Shown: piece by piece, positions 27,736 through 37,032 of the stretch | How positions within the stretch are numbered: position 1 is the first letter of the stretch | How the letters are laid out: each line of letters starts with the position of its first letter | Source of the DNA: an uncultured Desulfurococcaceae archaeon | Lineage (GTDB): Archaea; Thermoproteota; Thermoprotei_A; Sulfolobales; NBVN01 | NCBI GenBank assembly: GCA_964522175.1 | Contig: CAZFVC010000001.1 | Coordinates: 1 to 59,540 of the forward strand | Length of the DNA: 59,540 bases | Direction: 5' to 3' | Translations under genes and position numbers: made by a program | Notes under the pieces: generated by a model | The model's input: only the letters and a program-made list of their open reading frames with translations | The model's database searches: none | Told to the model about the DNA's origin: nothing

Positions 27736-29037
27736 ATGGAACTGAACTACTTATATATGTTTCACGCCCTTTTTGTTTTGGGTGTAGTATTGAAGCTCGT
27801 ATTAATTGATACGGTTATCGGAGCTTTCGCAGGCGATGAAGAAGGGAATGTGCTGCTGAAGAAATTCACCGGGAAAGATATTAACGACCTCGTTCAGAGG
27901 GCTCTCCAGCTTGAGGAAGGTAAGCCTTCCCAGGAGTTCGGTGCTGCGGCGGAGGAGGCCGCATCCTCCTACGGCGGCGACGTAGTGTTCATAGTTGAGG
28001 ACGAGCAGCATGCTAAATTCCTCAGAAACAAGGGTTTCGACTTCGAAATATCTGCAGGGTATGGGGGAGTTCTGGGTTTAAGGGCTAAGCTTCCTGAGCT
28101 CGCTGTTGAGGCAGGATTCATTAAAACTGTGGATGAATGGACCACGTTCCTTAATAACTTAACTCTCCAGATGACGCGGATGAAGCTGAGGAAAGTGGCT
28201 GAGAAGAGGGATCTCCTAGCTATTCAAGCTATTAGAGCGATAGACGACATAGATAAGACAATTAACCTGTTCGCGGCGAGGCTGAGGGAGTGGTACAGCA
28301 TACATTTCCCTGAGCTCGATGATTTGGTTGCTGACCACCTGAATTACGCAAGGGTTGTTGCTGAGTTAGGGAGCAGGGAGAGGATAACGAAGGATGCTTT
28401 AATGAAGCTGGGCTTCGGTGAAACTAAAGCTGAGAGGATTGAGAAGGCTGGGAAGAAGAGCATGGGTGCTGAGCTCTCAGATTTCGACATAGCGCAGATA
28501 CAGACGCTGGCAGATATAATGCTTAAGATGTATAGGCTGAGGGAGTCTCTAACGGACTACATAAGTAAGGTCATGAGGGAGGTCGCCCCCAACATCACCG
28601 AGCTTGTGGGCCCGCTGCTGGGCGCAAGGCTTCTGTCGCTGGCTGGAAGCCTAGAGAACCTTGCTAAGGCCCCTGCAAGCACTATCCAGGTGCTGGGTGC
28701 TGAGAAGGCGCTCTTCCGTGCCTTAAGAACTGGTGGGAGGCCGCCGAAGCATGGAATAATCTTCCAGTATCCGGAGATCCATACGTCGCCTAAGTGGCAG
28801 AGAGGCAAGATCGCTAGGGCTCTTGCAACTAAGCTGGCTATAGCTGCTAAGGCAGACTTCTTCACAGGTAGGTACATAGCTGATAGGTTGAAGAAGGAAC
28901 TTCTGGAGAGGATTGACGAGGTTAAGAGGCTGTACGCTAAGCCTCCGCAGAGGCCTCAGAGGGAGGAAGCTAGGAGGAAGCCTCCGAGGAAGGGTAAGAA
29001 GGGCCGCAGAAGGTTTAAGGATAAGAGGAAGAAATAA
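27736..29037 (+). CDS. nop5: C/D box snoRNP protein Nop5 (Nop56/58)
   Basis: It contains AEKALFRALRTGGRPPKHGIIFQYPEI and a Lys/Arg-rich tail. The hydrophobic N-terminal extension in the track ORF is probably not translated. TTG at 27778 or 27790, downstream of TTATATAT at 27751-27758, is a more plausible start. Confidence 0.92.
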   Translation: MELNYLYMFHALFVLGVVLKLVLIDTVIGAFAGDEEGNVLLKKFTGKDINDLVQRALQLEEGKPSQEFGAAAEEAASSYGGDVVFIVEDEQHAKFLRNKGFDFEISAGYGGVLGLRAKLPELAVEAGFIKTVDEWTTFLNNLTLQMTRMKLRKVAEKRDLLAIQAIRAIDDIDKTINLFAARLREWYSIHFPELDDLVADHLNYARVVAELGSRERITKDALMKLGFGETKAERIEKAGKKSMGAELSDFDIAQIQTLADIMLKMYRLRESLTDYISKVMREVAPNITELVGPLLGARLLSLAGSLENLAKAPASTIQVLGAEKALFRALRTGGRPPKHGIIFQYPEIHTSPKWQRGKIARALATKLAIAAKADFFTGRYIADRLKKELLERIDEVKRLYAKPPQRPQREEARRKPPRKGKKGRRRFKDKRKK

Positions 29038-29072
29038 TGCCTCCAGTACAGAATTAAGGGTGGTGTGAAAAG

Positions 29073-29777
29073 ATGGCCGAAGTTGTGAAGATTGAGGAAC
29101 ACCCTAAGTACAGGGGCGTTTACGTGGTCGAGCTTGAGGACGGGAGCACAAGGCTCGCAACGAGGAACCTGACTCCCGGGAGGAAGGTTTACGGTGAGTG
29201 GTTATTCAGGGTCGGCGAGGAGGAGTACAGGGAGTGGAACTCCTACAGAAGTAAGCTCTCGGCAGCCCTCCTTAAAGGGATTAAGGATCTGGCAGTGAAG
29301 GAGGGGAGTAAGGTCCTCTACCTTGGTGCAGGCTCCGGCACTACCCCCAGCCACATATCCGATCTTGTCGGCTGGAAGGGTGTGGTCTACGGGGTGGAGT
29401 TCGCTCCGAGGGTTGTTAGGGAGCTTATCTCGGTCGCGGAGGACAGGAGAAACATTGTTCCGATCCTCGGTGATGCAAGGTTTCCTTCAAGATATGCGCA
29501 TGTAGTTGACTACGCCGATGTCCTCTACGCTGATGTTGCGCAGCCTGAGCAGGCATCCATAGTTAACGTTAACGCTAAGCACTTCCTTATCGATGGAGGT
29601 TACCTTTACCTAGCGATAAAGGCGAGAAGTATTGACGTCACTAAGGAGCCTGACGAGATCTATAGGAGGGAGATAGAGACTTTGAAGAGCGGGGGCTTCG
29701 AAATACTGGACGTTGTTCACCTAGACCCCTACGACAAGGACCATGCGATGGTTTTCGCCCAGTACAGGAAGAAGTGA
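29073..29777 (+). CDS. flpA: Fibrillarin-like rRNA/tRNA 2'-O-methyltransferase
   Basis: 234 aa. It has the SAM motif [18 protein letters not shown] and is adjacent to nop5. Confidence 0.95.
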   Translation: MAEVVKIEEHPKYRGVYVVELEDGSTRLATRNLTPGRKVYGEWLFRVGEEEYREWNSYRSKLSAALLKGIKDLAVKEGSKVLYLGAGSGTTPSHISDLVGWKGVVYGVEFAPRVVRELISVAEDRRNIVPILGDARFPSRYAHVVDYADVLYADVAQPEQASIVNVNAKHFLIDGGYLYLAIKARSIDVTKEPDEIYRREIETLKSGGFEILDVVHLDPYDKDHAMVFAQYRKK

Positions 29778-29826
29778 ACTCAGCATTTCTTTTTAGCTCA
29801 TTATCATTAATATAGTATAGAGAGTC

Positions 29827-30792
29827 ATGTCTGTGTACAGTAGAGGTAGCGCTAGGGAGGAGGCTAGGAGGATATTTAAGAGGATAGTCAGTACTCTTGA
29901 GAGAATAGGTAAGAAGTACGCACTCCTTCAATTCCCGACAAGTTATAGGGAGAGGTCCATAGATCTAGTTACTATTGGGGGGTCAGGTAGCGACGCGGTT
30001 ATCAGGATTAAGGTTGGGCATAAGGTGAGCAGGGATGAGGCCGGCGATCTTTCAAGGGCTTCCCTAGCGCTTGACTCGGTACCGGTAGTTGTTTCAGATG
30101 ATCCTTCCCTCTACGACAATATTGTGTATGAGAAGGAAGGAGTGTTCCTAATGAATGAGAGGACTCTAGAGAACATGTATCTAAGGCCTAACGAGATAAT
30201 AGCGTTTTACAGGAAGGGCAGCATCTATTTCGTGGCGGATAAGGAAGCCATACGTGAGAGCAGGGCTAAGAGGAACATGAGCTTAGGGGATGTGGCATAC
30301 CTAACAAACCTCACCCGAAAAACTATCTATATGTATGAGAGGGAGGGAGGTATAGTTTCGGTCGAGACTGCTGAGAAGCTTGTCGATGTTTTAGGGTCTG
30401 AAACCGTTAAGTCAATAACTCTAAACGTCCTTAAGAACGAGTTCCTGAGGAAGGCAAGCAAGTCTGTTAGGAGCGTTGATTCAGGTAAAGTGCTTGAGGT
30501 CCTAGAGTCCTCTGGGGACGTGTACCTGATAAAGAAGTCTGCACCCGACTACATAGTTAGGGGTGAGGAGATAGTTACGGTTATTGATGCATCATCTAAG
30601 GACAGGTTCTACCTCCCTAAAACCGCTAAGAAGGTTGAGGAGTGTGTTAAGCTCAGCGAGCTTGTGGATGGTGAGGTGAAGGTTCTGGTGACTCCTGAAA
30701 GGAAGAAGTTTCTTGAAGATGAGCTGTCTACAAAGATAGATCTCAATAAAATAATTCTTCAGAAGGTTAAGGGAGGAACGCATCCCGAATGA
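29827..30792 (+). CDS. Putative HTH-type (XRE-like) transcriptional regulator, conserved archaeal ~320-aa type
   Basis: It has a central HTH (RNMSLGDVAYLTNLTRKTIYMYEREGG). Size and architecture resemble the COG1395 family. Confidence 0.8.
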   Translation: MSVYSRGSAREEARRIFKRIVSTLERIGKKYALLQFPTSYRERSIDLVTIGGSGSDAVIRIKVGHKVSRDEAGDLSRASLALDSVPVVVSDDPSLYDNIVYEKEGVFLMNERTLENMYLRPNEIIAFYRKGSIYFVADKEAIRESRAKRNMSLGDVAYLTNLTRKTIYMYEREGGIVSVETAEKLVDVLGSETVKSITLNVLKNEFLRKASKSVRSVDSGKVLEVLESSGDVYLIKKSAPDYIVRGEEIVTVIDASSKDRFYLPKTAKKVEECVKLSELVDGEVKVLVTPERKKFLEDELSTKIDLNKIILQKVKGGTHPE

Positions 30793-31322
30793 TTAAGGTT
30801 CTTGTCACGGGACGTCCAGGAATAGGTAAGACCACGGTAGTTATGAGCGTCGCCGATAGAGTGAGAGCACAGGGCCTTGTTGTGGGAGGAATTATCTGTC
30901 CGGAGGTCAGGGCAGGAGGGAGGAGAATAGGTTTCGATATCATCGATATTATGGACGGTAGAAGAGGTATACTATCACGTGTATGTTCAGCAGATTTCAC
31001 GGGCCCGCGCGTGGGGAAGTACTGTGTGAGCGTTAGTGATGCTGAATCGGTCGGTGTTGCGGCGATAGAGAACGCTCTCAGAAGGGCAGACCTAGTGATT
31101 ATGGATGAAATAGGTCCGATGGAGCTTAAGGTTCCCGCCCTTAAGCAAGCCATGTTTAAGGCGCTGCGTTCTAGAAAACCTGTTGTTGCAGTGGTTCATG
31201 TGAGGTCGGTTGATTATGTCTCGAGGCATGTTAAAGGCAACCGAGTTATTTATAGAGTGGATGAGGCCAACAGGAACTTTCTTCCAGACGAAATATGTTC
31301 AAGGCTTAAAACCCTCTTATGA
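30789..31322 (+). CDS. Nucleoside-triphosphatase (THEP1/COG1618-like)
   Basis: 177 aa. It has Walker A (TGRPGIGKTT) and Walker B (LVIMDEIGPMEL). It overlaps the upstream gene by 4 nt. Confidence 0.85.
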   Translation: MIKVLVTGRPGIGKTTVVMSVADRVRAQGLVVGGIICPEVRAGGRRIGFDIIDIMDGRRGILSRVCSADFTGPRVGKYCVSVSDAESVGVAAIENALRRADLVIMDEIGPMELKVPALKQAMFKALRSRKPVVAVVHVRSVDYVSRHVKGNRVIYRVDEANRNFLPDEICSRLKTLL

Positions 31323-31373
31323 AGTTATATTAGCTTTCAAGCGGTATGATAATCTAGGTAGGGTGTCGCTAGA

Positions 31374-31739
31374 ATGGAGGTGACGACGGAGAAGAGAATC
31401 CTAGAGATCGTTAAGGAAAAGACGAAGAAGGAGGGCGGTGTTGTCCAGAGCCTTCTCTGGAGCATGTTAGGCATTGATAATAGGGAAGGCACTAAGGCAG
31501 TTCTAGCGCTGGTTAGGAAAGGACTGATTAAGCGTGAGCCAGTAGTGTTTAAGGGTAGAAGGACCTATAAACTAATCTACAGCCCGACAAAACTTACGAA
31601 GGTTAAGGTTGTTGTGAAGCTCAACCCGGTGATGGAGATCCCATGCTTCTCCTGTAAGGAGCTTTACAGATGCGGTTCGGGAGGTTACTACAACCCCTTC
31701 AAATGTATTCTTCTTTCTAGATTCCTTGAGGAGGCTTAA
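31374..31739 (+). CDS. Winged-helix protein with a C-terminal 4-Cys motif, possibly TFE-beta/RPC34-like
   Basis: 121 aa. The wH region is VLALVRKGLIKREPVVFKGRRTYKLIY. The C-terminal CFSCKELYRCGSGGYYNPFKC gives the spacing C-x2-C-x5-C-x10-C. The family call is tentative. Confidence 0.6.
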   Translation: MEVTTEKRILEIVKEKTKKEGGVVQSLLWSMLGIDNREGTKAVLALVRKGLIKREPVVFKGRRTYKLIYSPTKLTKVKVVVKLNPVMEIPCFSCKELYRCGSGGYYNPFKCILLSRFLEEA

Positions 31740-32923
31740 CCTTCCACACACTCAAGGAAGTTTCTCCAGTCAGCATCAGTTGATATGCAGTCACTGCATA
31801 AATGGCTCCTCACACCACCCAGACCCTTACTCCTGAGACATTCCGCAATCTTCTCCGCTTTAGGCATGTTTATTCTCAGGTACCTAGCCGCTGTCGAGAC
31901 CCTGTAGGTTTGTGAGTAGTTGGCTTCCTGTGACAGCTTCTGGAGAAGGGATTCAGCTTCATCACGTGTTGGAAGGTAGCTTAGCTTACCCTTAAGAAGC
32001 TGGAGGGATCTATCGATACATTCCTTAGATGAGGACGGTCCGCTCCATAGGGGGCCTATCACCTGAAGACTCCCTCCGCAGATAGGGCATTCCCCACGAA
32101 TCTCTGTAAGCTCAGCTAATTCCCTGAAGCCGCATCTCCGACAGTAAGCCATATATCTGAGGTTCTCTTCCCTCATCCTGCTTGCTTGAGCTGCTCCTCT
32201 ACGCACCCTCAGAATCACCCGGTAGTAATGTTTTGAGGTGAAAGACATTAGGGGTTCGACATATCTGTCCCTGGCGGCAGCCCTCCTAGCAATGAATCCA
32301 ATTAAGAGATTTATGCCTACGTAGTGAGGAACATCAGTCTTCGCAAGGTACACATCATACTTCCTCGACCCCGCAACCCATTTAGTCCCGCTCAGCGGTG
32401 CGGTATCGGTGGCCGTCACGGCGAGGAGCCCTCCATTCCTAACGCTCCACACACCCGCATCAACGTAGGGGGCGGGGCTCCCGTAAGGATCTATATCCAC
32501 TATATGGAATGTCAGCCCCATATACTTCATGAGGAACATCAGAGAATTGGCCTCAGTTCTGAAGACCTTAACCTTGTCCTGCAAAGAATTCATGGACGCA
32601 TTAATTTTTATGAGGCGGTACGCCTCCTCATTAATGTCGTTGGCGTACGCCTCCTGAACCCTCGGAACTTCCTTAAGATACCTCAGTGCCCTAACCCCTG
32701 TCCCTGAGAAGGGGTCTAGGACACGCATATCTTCGTCGCCTAAGCACGCACTGGCTGCGAGAATGGATAGGTCTCTGTTAAGTGTCTGTGCAGGGTTGTA
32801 GAAGACCGGGGCCCATGACGGCTCATAAACCCCGTCCGGCCTGAGGTATCTAGAGAAGTCCGGCACCTTAAGCCTGACCAGACCCTCCTCAATAAGTATG
32901 TATTCCTCCCTATCCATATGCAT
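31736..32923 (-). CDS. trm1: tRNA (guanine(26)-N2)-dimethyltransferase
   Basis: 395 aa. It has FYNPAQTLNRDLSI, DPFSGTGVRALRY and DIDPYGSPAPY, plus a Cys cluster (CRRCG...CPICG). Confidence 0.9.
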   Translation of the reverse strand: MHMDREEYILIEEGLVRLKVPDFSRYLRPDGVYEPSWAPVFYNPAQTLNRDLSILAASACLGDEDMRVLDPFSGTGVRALRYLKEVPRVQEAYANDINEEAYRLIKINASMNSLQDKVKVFRTEANSLMFLMKYMGLTFHIVDIDPYGSPAPYVDAGVWSVRNGGLLAVTATDTAPLSGTKWVAGSRKYDVYLAKTDVPHYVGINLLIGFIARRAAARDRYVEPLMSFTSKHYYRVILRVRRGAAQASRMREENLRYMAYCRRCGFRELAELTEIRGECPICGGSLQVIGPLWSGPSSSKECIDRSLQLLKGKLSYLPTRDEAESLLQKLSQEANYSQTYRVSTAARYLRINMPKAEKIAECLRSKGLGGVRSHLCSDCISTDADWRNFLECVEG

Positions 32924-32963
32924 GGGCCCAAAAGGTTAGAGGTGAGGGAAGTAATAAGGAATC

Positions 32964-33836
32964 CTACACATCCACGTAAATCACTAAGTTATCTATCAGG
33001 TCCCTATACCTGTTCCTTATCGTCACTTCAGAAACCTTAACGCGGTCAGATACCTCCTTCTGCGTCTTTCTTTCGTCTAGCAGTAGAGCAGCTATGTAGA
33101 GGGCTGCAGCAGCAACTCCTCTAGGCCCTCTACCGGATGTGAGACCGTCCTTCTTCGCCTTAGACACTATCTTTATTGCTAAGGACTTCACCTCGGGAGA
33201 AACTCCCAGCTCGTAAGCCATCTTATCAATGAATTTCAGGGGGTCCAGCGGCTTAACCTTGATGAGTTCCCCGAACCCTGTCCTTATCTTCATCTGGGCC
33301 TTCCAAATATCCGTAGTGGTCACTTCACAGCTGTTCAGAACCACGGACTTATCTATCGGTGTGTCTAGGTTGTTGGCCGCGATAAGTATGGCAGCAGCCA
33401 CTATCGCCCTATAGTTCTTATTCATGATGACTTTCCTTGAGTGAAGCTTCCTTATTATTAATCCGGCTTCATTCTTCAAGAGCTCTGCATTAGGCAGGTC
33501 AAGCCTCCCAATAGTTTCATTCATAAGCCTCAATGCTCTCGCAAGCCTCTTCTCCCGAGCTGACTTGACACGGATCGCCTTTTGCCTCCTCTCCAGTATT
33601 CTGCCTTTTCTTGTCCTGGTATCTATCTCTGTGTGGAATCCTTGATCATGAACCTTATTGGTTATGGGTGTACCCGCCCTAATTCTTGCATCGAAATCGC
33701 CGTAGCCATGGAACCTCCATTCAGGCCCATAGATATATATGTGATCCTCCAGAACCTCCCCAGTCTCTGTACAGATGTACTCACCCCTGTCCTCATCAAA
33801 CACTATTGCGTGGGGAGGGCACTTCACCTCGCTCAT
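32964..33836 (-). CDS. tfb: Transcription initiation factor B (TFB) with a degenerate zinc ribbon
   Basis: 290 aa. It has GPEWRFH (B-reader region) and two cyclin repeats (RAIVAAAILIAANN, GRGPRGVAAAALYIAALLL). The C-terminal HTH reads KTQKEVSDRVKVSEVTIRNRYRDL. The N-terminus has CPPH...CTETG instead of CxxC...CxxC. Confidence 0.9.
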   Translation of the reverse strand: MSEVKCPPHAIVFDEDRGEYICTETGEVLEDHIYIYGPEWRFHGYGDFDARIRAGTPITNKVHDQGFHTEIDTRTRKGRILERRQKAIRVKSAREKRLARALRLMNETIGRLDLPNAELLKNEAGLIIRKLHSRKVIMNKNYRAIVAAAILIAANNLDTPIDKSVVLNSCEVTTTDIWKAQMKIRTGFGELIKVKPLDPLKFIDKMAYELGVSPEVKSLAIKIVSKAKKDGLTSGRGPRGVAAAALYIAALLLDERKTQKEVSDRVKVSEVTIRNRYRDLIDNLVIYVDV

Positions 33837-34084
33837 TTTCTCTCCCTCCTGAAGTATGGCTTTATGTAGAGGTCCTCATAGGTTTTCAGATCTATATCCC
33901 TCCTCACAGGCTTAACGACTGCGTAAGGTGATTTAACGGGGCCTATAACGTCGACAATCTTTCCGACTACACGGCCGCTTGAATTAATCACCCTTACACC
34001 TAACTTAGGCAGTTTCTTCATAGTCATCTTAACGAGCATTTTCTTGGATGGTGTCCAGTGGATGAAATAACCCAGCCTTATCAA
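33833..34084 (-). CDS. gar1: H/ACA RNP protein Gar1
   Basis: It contains GRVVGKIVDVIGPVKSPYAVVKP. The track start is TTG at 34084. Internal ATGs at 34027 and 34021 (MTMKKLPKLG) are alternatives. Its 3' end overlaps the tfb start by 4 nt. Confidence 0.8.
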   Translation of the reverse strand: MIRLGYFIHWTPSKKMLVKMTMKKLPKLGVRVINSSGRVVGKIVDVIGPVKSPYAVVKPVRRDIDLKTYEDLYIKPYFRRERK

Positions 34085-34223
34085 ATCAACACCACTAAGG
34101 AAACTCCTGCAGAAAACTATTTAAGGGGTATATCCCTTAAGATGGTTCAGAACCATAATCATTCAAGGGGCTGCATTAAGTAATATTATCGAATTATTAT
34201 TGCTGTATTACTAACTAATTGAA

Positions 34224-34520
34224 TTATTCGTAAGCGATTCCCAATTTCTCGGCGAAATTTTTAATAAGGATCGATTTAGTAATACCTTCCTCATTAACTC
34301 GTACAATAATTCTGTAACCAAGTGCCTTAAGCGATGCCCTAGGATAGTATTTACCTTCCTCGATCTCGCATTCATAGCCAAGCTCTCTACATATTTTTAG
34401 GAATTGCTGTGGCTCTGGCCTGTGAAGTCCCTGGTCCTTAGGTATTCTCCGGCCTTCCTTTCTGGAGAGTGGCTTCATAAAGTATTCAGGCCAGATAATG
34501 AATTCCTTAGCCTTACCCAC
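34224..34520 (-). CDS. srp19: Signal recognition particle protein SRP19
   Basis: 98 aa. It has IWPEYFMKPLSRKEGRRIPK, typical of SRP19. Confidence 0.9.
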   Translation of the reverse strand: MGKAKEFIIWPEYFMKPLSRKEGRRIPKDQGLHRPEPQQFLKICRELGYECEIEEGKYYPRASLKALGYRIIVRVNEEGITKSILIKNFAEKLGIAYE

Positions 34521-34568
34521 GAGAAACCCTAGTATAAGTAGACAGATTCAGGTAATTAATTGATTGTG

Positions 34569-34967
34569 TTACTCCTCAGCCTTCTTCTCGATAAGTACTG
34601 CATTAACTACGCCGTCCTGGCCGGGGCGTGAAGTGACCTTAGCTAGGCCTAGCTCTGTCTCTATTATTGCTCCCTTAGTGATTATGTTTCTCCTTGCATA
34701 CTCTCTGTTGGCCTGAGTCTCGACAATCCTTATGATCGCAACCTTCTTCGCTGTGTTTGTTTCAGGGTCTATTATGTTGGCGTGCTTCGCCCTCCACAGC
34801 CTGACCTTTATGTTCCCTCCTCTAGTCCTTAAGACTTCCCTCCTCTCCTTCTCGCTCACTGTGGTGAGTGTGGGGAACCTTCCTAACTCATACTTCCTGT
34901 TCTTTCTGTGGGGTCTCCTCCTCCCGCCGCTGATCTTCTTCATATCCTTCCCTTGATATATACCCAT
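34569..34967 (-). CDS. rps8e: 30S ribosomal protein S8e
   Basis: 132 aa. It contains [29 protein letters not shown] and [10 protein letters not shown]. Confidence 0.92.
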   Translation of the reverse strand: MGIYQGKDMKKISGGRRRPHRKNRKYELGRFPTLTTVSEKERREVLRTRGGNIKVRLWRAKHANIIDPETNTAKKVAIIRIVETQANREYARRNIITKGAIIETELGLAKVTSRPGQDGVVNAVLIEKKAEE

Positions 34968-35041
34968 TCCTTTCAGCCCTACATGGTGTGGTTAGTTTCC
35001 CTTAAAAGCTTTAATAAATAAAGAGGTAGTGAAGGGGAAAC

Positions 35042-35884
35042 ATGCCAGGGAGAACCACGAGGAGTGTTGCGGGGCTGCTGAAGAGTTTCCAGTGGATCGT
35101 TAACGCCATTTCTAAGCCGGCTTATAAGGTCTATGAGGCTTGGTTATGGTCTCAAATATCTGACGGACCCTTCCCGAAGCATGTGGCCATAATCCCTGAC
35201 GGCAATAGGCGGTGGGCCCAGTACGCAGGCAAGGACTATAAGTACGGGCATGAGGTAGGTTACCTCAAGCTTAAAGAGGTGTTGAAGTGGCTGTGGGAGC
35301 TTAACGTTAAGGCAGTCACGATATATGCGATGTCCTACGAGAACTGTACTAAGAGATCGGAGGAGGAGAGGAACCACTTAATGGGTCTGCTCGCTAGAGC
35401 GATCCAGGAAATGATTGAAGATAACGAGATTGAGAAACGTGAGCTTAAAGTGAAGTTCATGGGGAGGCTTGACCTCATAACCCCGGAACTGAGGGAAAGG
35501 ATTAAGGAAATTGAGAAACTCAGCGCGAAGTATGATAAGCACTACCTCAATGTGGCTCTATGCTACGGCGGCCGGCAGGAGATTGTTGAGGCCGTGAGGA
35601 GGCTTGTTAAGGACGCTAAGGAGAACGGTATGGTTCCTGAGGATGTGGATGAGGAGTTCTTCAATAAGTATCTGTTCACATCCCATCTAAGGGAAGACGG
35701 GATAGAGGAGCCTGACCTCGTCATCAGGACTTCAGGCGAGCTGAGGATAAGTAATTTCCTTCTGTGGCAGATAGCGTACAGCGAGCTATACTTCTGTGAG
35801 GCTTACTGGCCTGAGTTCAGAAAGATTGACTTATGGAGGGCTATAAGGTCCTTCCAGAAGCGGGAGAGAAGGTTCGGTAAGTAG
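35042..35884 (+). CDS. uppS: Undecaprenyl (cis-prenyl) diphosphate synthase
   Basis: 280 aa. It has HVAIIPDGNRRWA, IYAMSYENCTKR and IRTSGELRISNFLLWQIAYSELYF. Confidence 0.93.
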   Translation: MPGRTTRSVAGLLKSFQWIVNAISKPAYKVYEAWLWSQISDGPFPKHVAIIPDGNRRWAQYAGKDYKYGHEVGYLKLKEVLKWLWELNVKAVTIYAMSYENCTKRSEEERNHLMGLLARAIQEMIEDNEIEKRELKVKFMGRLDLITPELRERIKEIEKLSAKYDKHYLNVALCYGGRQEIVEAVRRLVKDAKENGMVPEDVDEEFFNKYLFTSHLREDGIEEPDLVIRTSGELRISNFLLWQIAYSELYFCEAYWPEFRKIDLWRAIRSFQKRERRFGK

Positions 35885-35885
35885 G

Positions 35886-37001
35886 TTAAATAACCTCCTT
35901 CTCAATAGCGTAGAACACTACCGACAGAGTCATTAATATAGCTATGTAGAGCGCGAGTGTCTGGAGCAGGTAGTTCTCATTGAAGAGTCTAAGTATTTCC
36001 CCCAAGTCGTCCGTGTCTGCAGCAAGTATTATTTTACTCATATTCATCGAGAACTGGTAGGCCACACCAAGCACTGCGAAAGCTATGAATTCGCGCCACA
36101 CCTTAAACGACTTCTTCAGGAATCTGTACGCCATCTTCCCCGCAATTATAGGTATTATCGCTACTAAGGCATACGGCATTACGTCTCTTATGTAGGTCGC
36201 TACAGATATCACGTCTAGGGAGAACCCCCTGCTGTAGAAGGAGGAGTACAGCATTGTGAGGGTGAGGACTGTGGCGAGAATGCTGAGAGTCAAGGAAACC
36301 TTCGTGATTGGGGATGTGCGCCACCAGGTCGCTATAGTGTCGGTTATTCCGAAGCCTTTCAGCACTAAGGCAAGTCCTAGCAGGGCTAGAGTTATGGACC
36401 ATGCGTACCCGCTGTAGGGACTTATTGATAAGGCAACGTAAGTAATTATGAGGGCTCCGGGCAGGCCGAGAAAGAACCTCGCGAATCTGGGTTCCTCCAG
36501 GGCCTTCCTCAAATACCTCCCGAAGAGGACGTAGGTTTCCTCAACCCCCCTCATCTGCTCCACAACAACCTTCTCCACACCCACTATCTTGATTAATGAG
36601 GCTATCACCGGCGTAACTGCTTCATCCTCAGCACTATCCACAACAAGTATCGCGGATGTGGAGCCTGTGTAGTTAATCACTGTCTCAACCTGTCTCTTAA
36701 GCGCCAGACCGGCCTTAGACCCTCCCTTCTCGTCTCCGGCCACGAACGATATTTCAGCATCTATCCCGTCCTCTTTAAGCTCGCGGTAAATCTTTAGGGC
36801 TGTGAATAAAGTATTTGAGTCAGCATCGGAGGGGAACATTAACGCATACTTCTGCGCTGCCTCCATACAGCTATCATAACCTATTATAGGGGTTGATAAT
36901 CCGGCCTTCTTGAGGTCATTATCATAATCCACTGCAAGCACTAGTGTCCTCTCGGCCGAGGAAGACATTTTATCCTCTCTAGTTAATAATGAGGATTGCA
37001 T
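35886..37001 (-). CDS. Membrane protein with an N-terminal soluble domain (DUF373-like)
   Basis: 371 aa. A soluble N-terminal ~170 aa (LVLAVDYDNDLKKAG...) is followed by about 6 predicted TM helices. The family name is from memory and is tentative. Confidence 0.75.
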   Translation of the reverse strand: MQSSLLTREDKMSSSAERTLVLAVDYDNDLKKAGLSTPIIGYDSCMEAAQKYALMFPSDADSNTLFTALKIYRELKEDGIDAEISFVAGDEKGGSKAGLALKRQVETVINYTGSTSAILVVDSAEDEAVTPVIASLIKIVGVEKVVVEQMRGVEETYVLFGRYLRKALEEPRFARFFLGLPGALIITYVALSISPYSGYAWSITLALLGLALVLKGFGITDTIATWWRTSPITKVSLTLSILATVLTLTMLYSSFYSRGFSLDVISVATYIRDVMPYALVAIIPIIAGKMAYRFLKKSFKVWREFIAFAVLGVAYQFSMNMSKIILAADTDDLGEILRLFNENYLLQTLALYIAILMTLSVVFYAIEKEVI

Positions 37002-37032
37002 GCTAAAAACGTTGAAGCCTTACACACTGATT

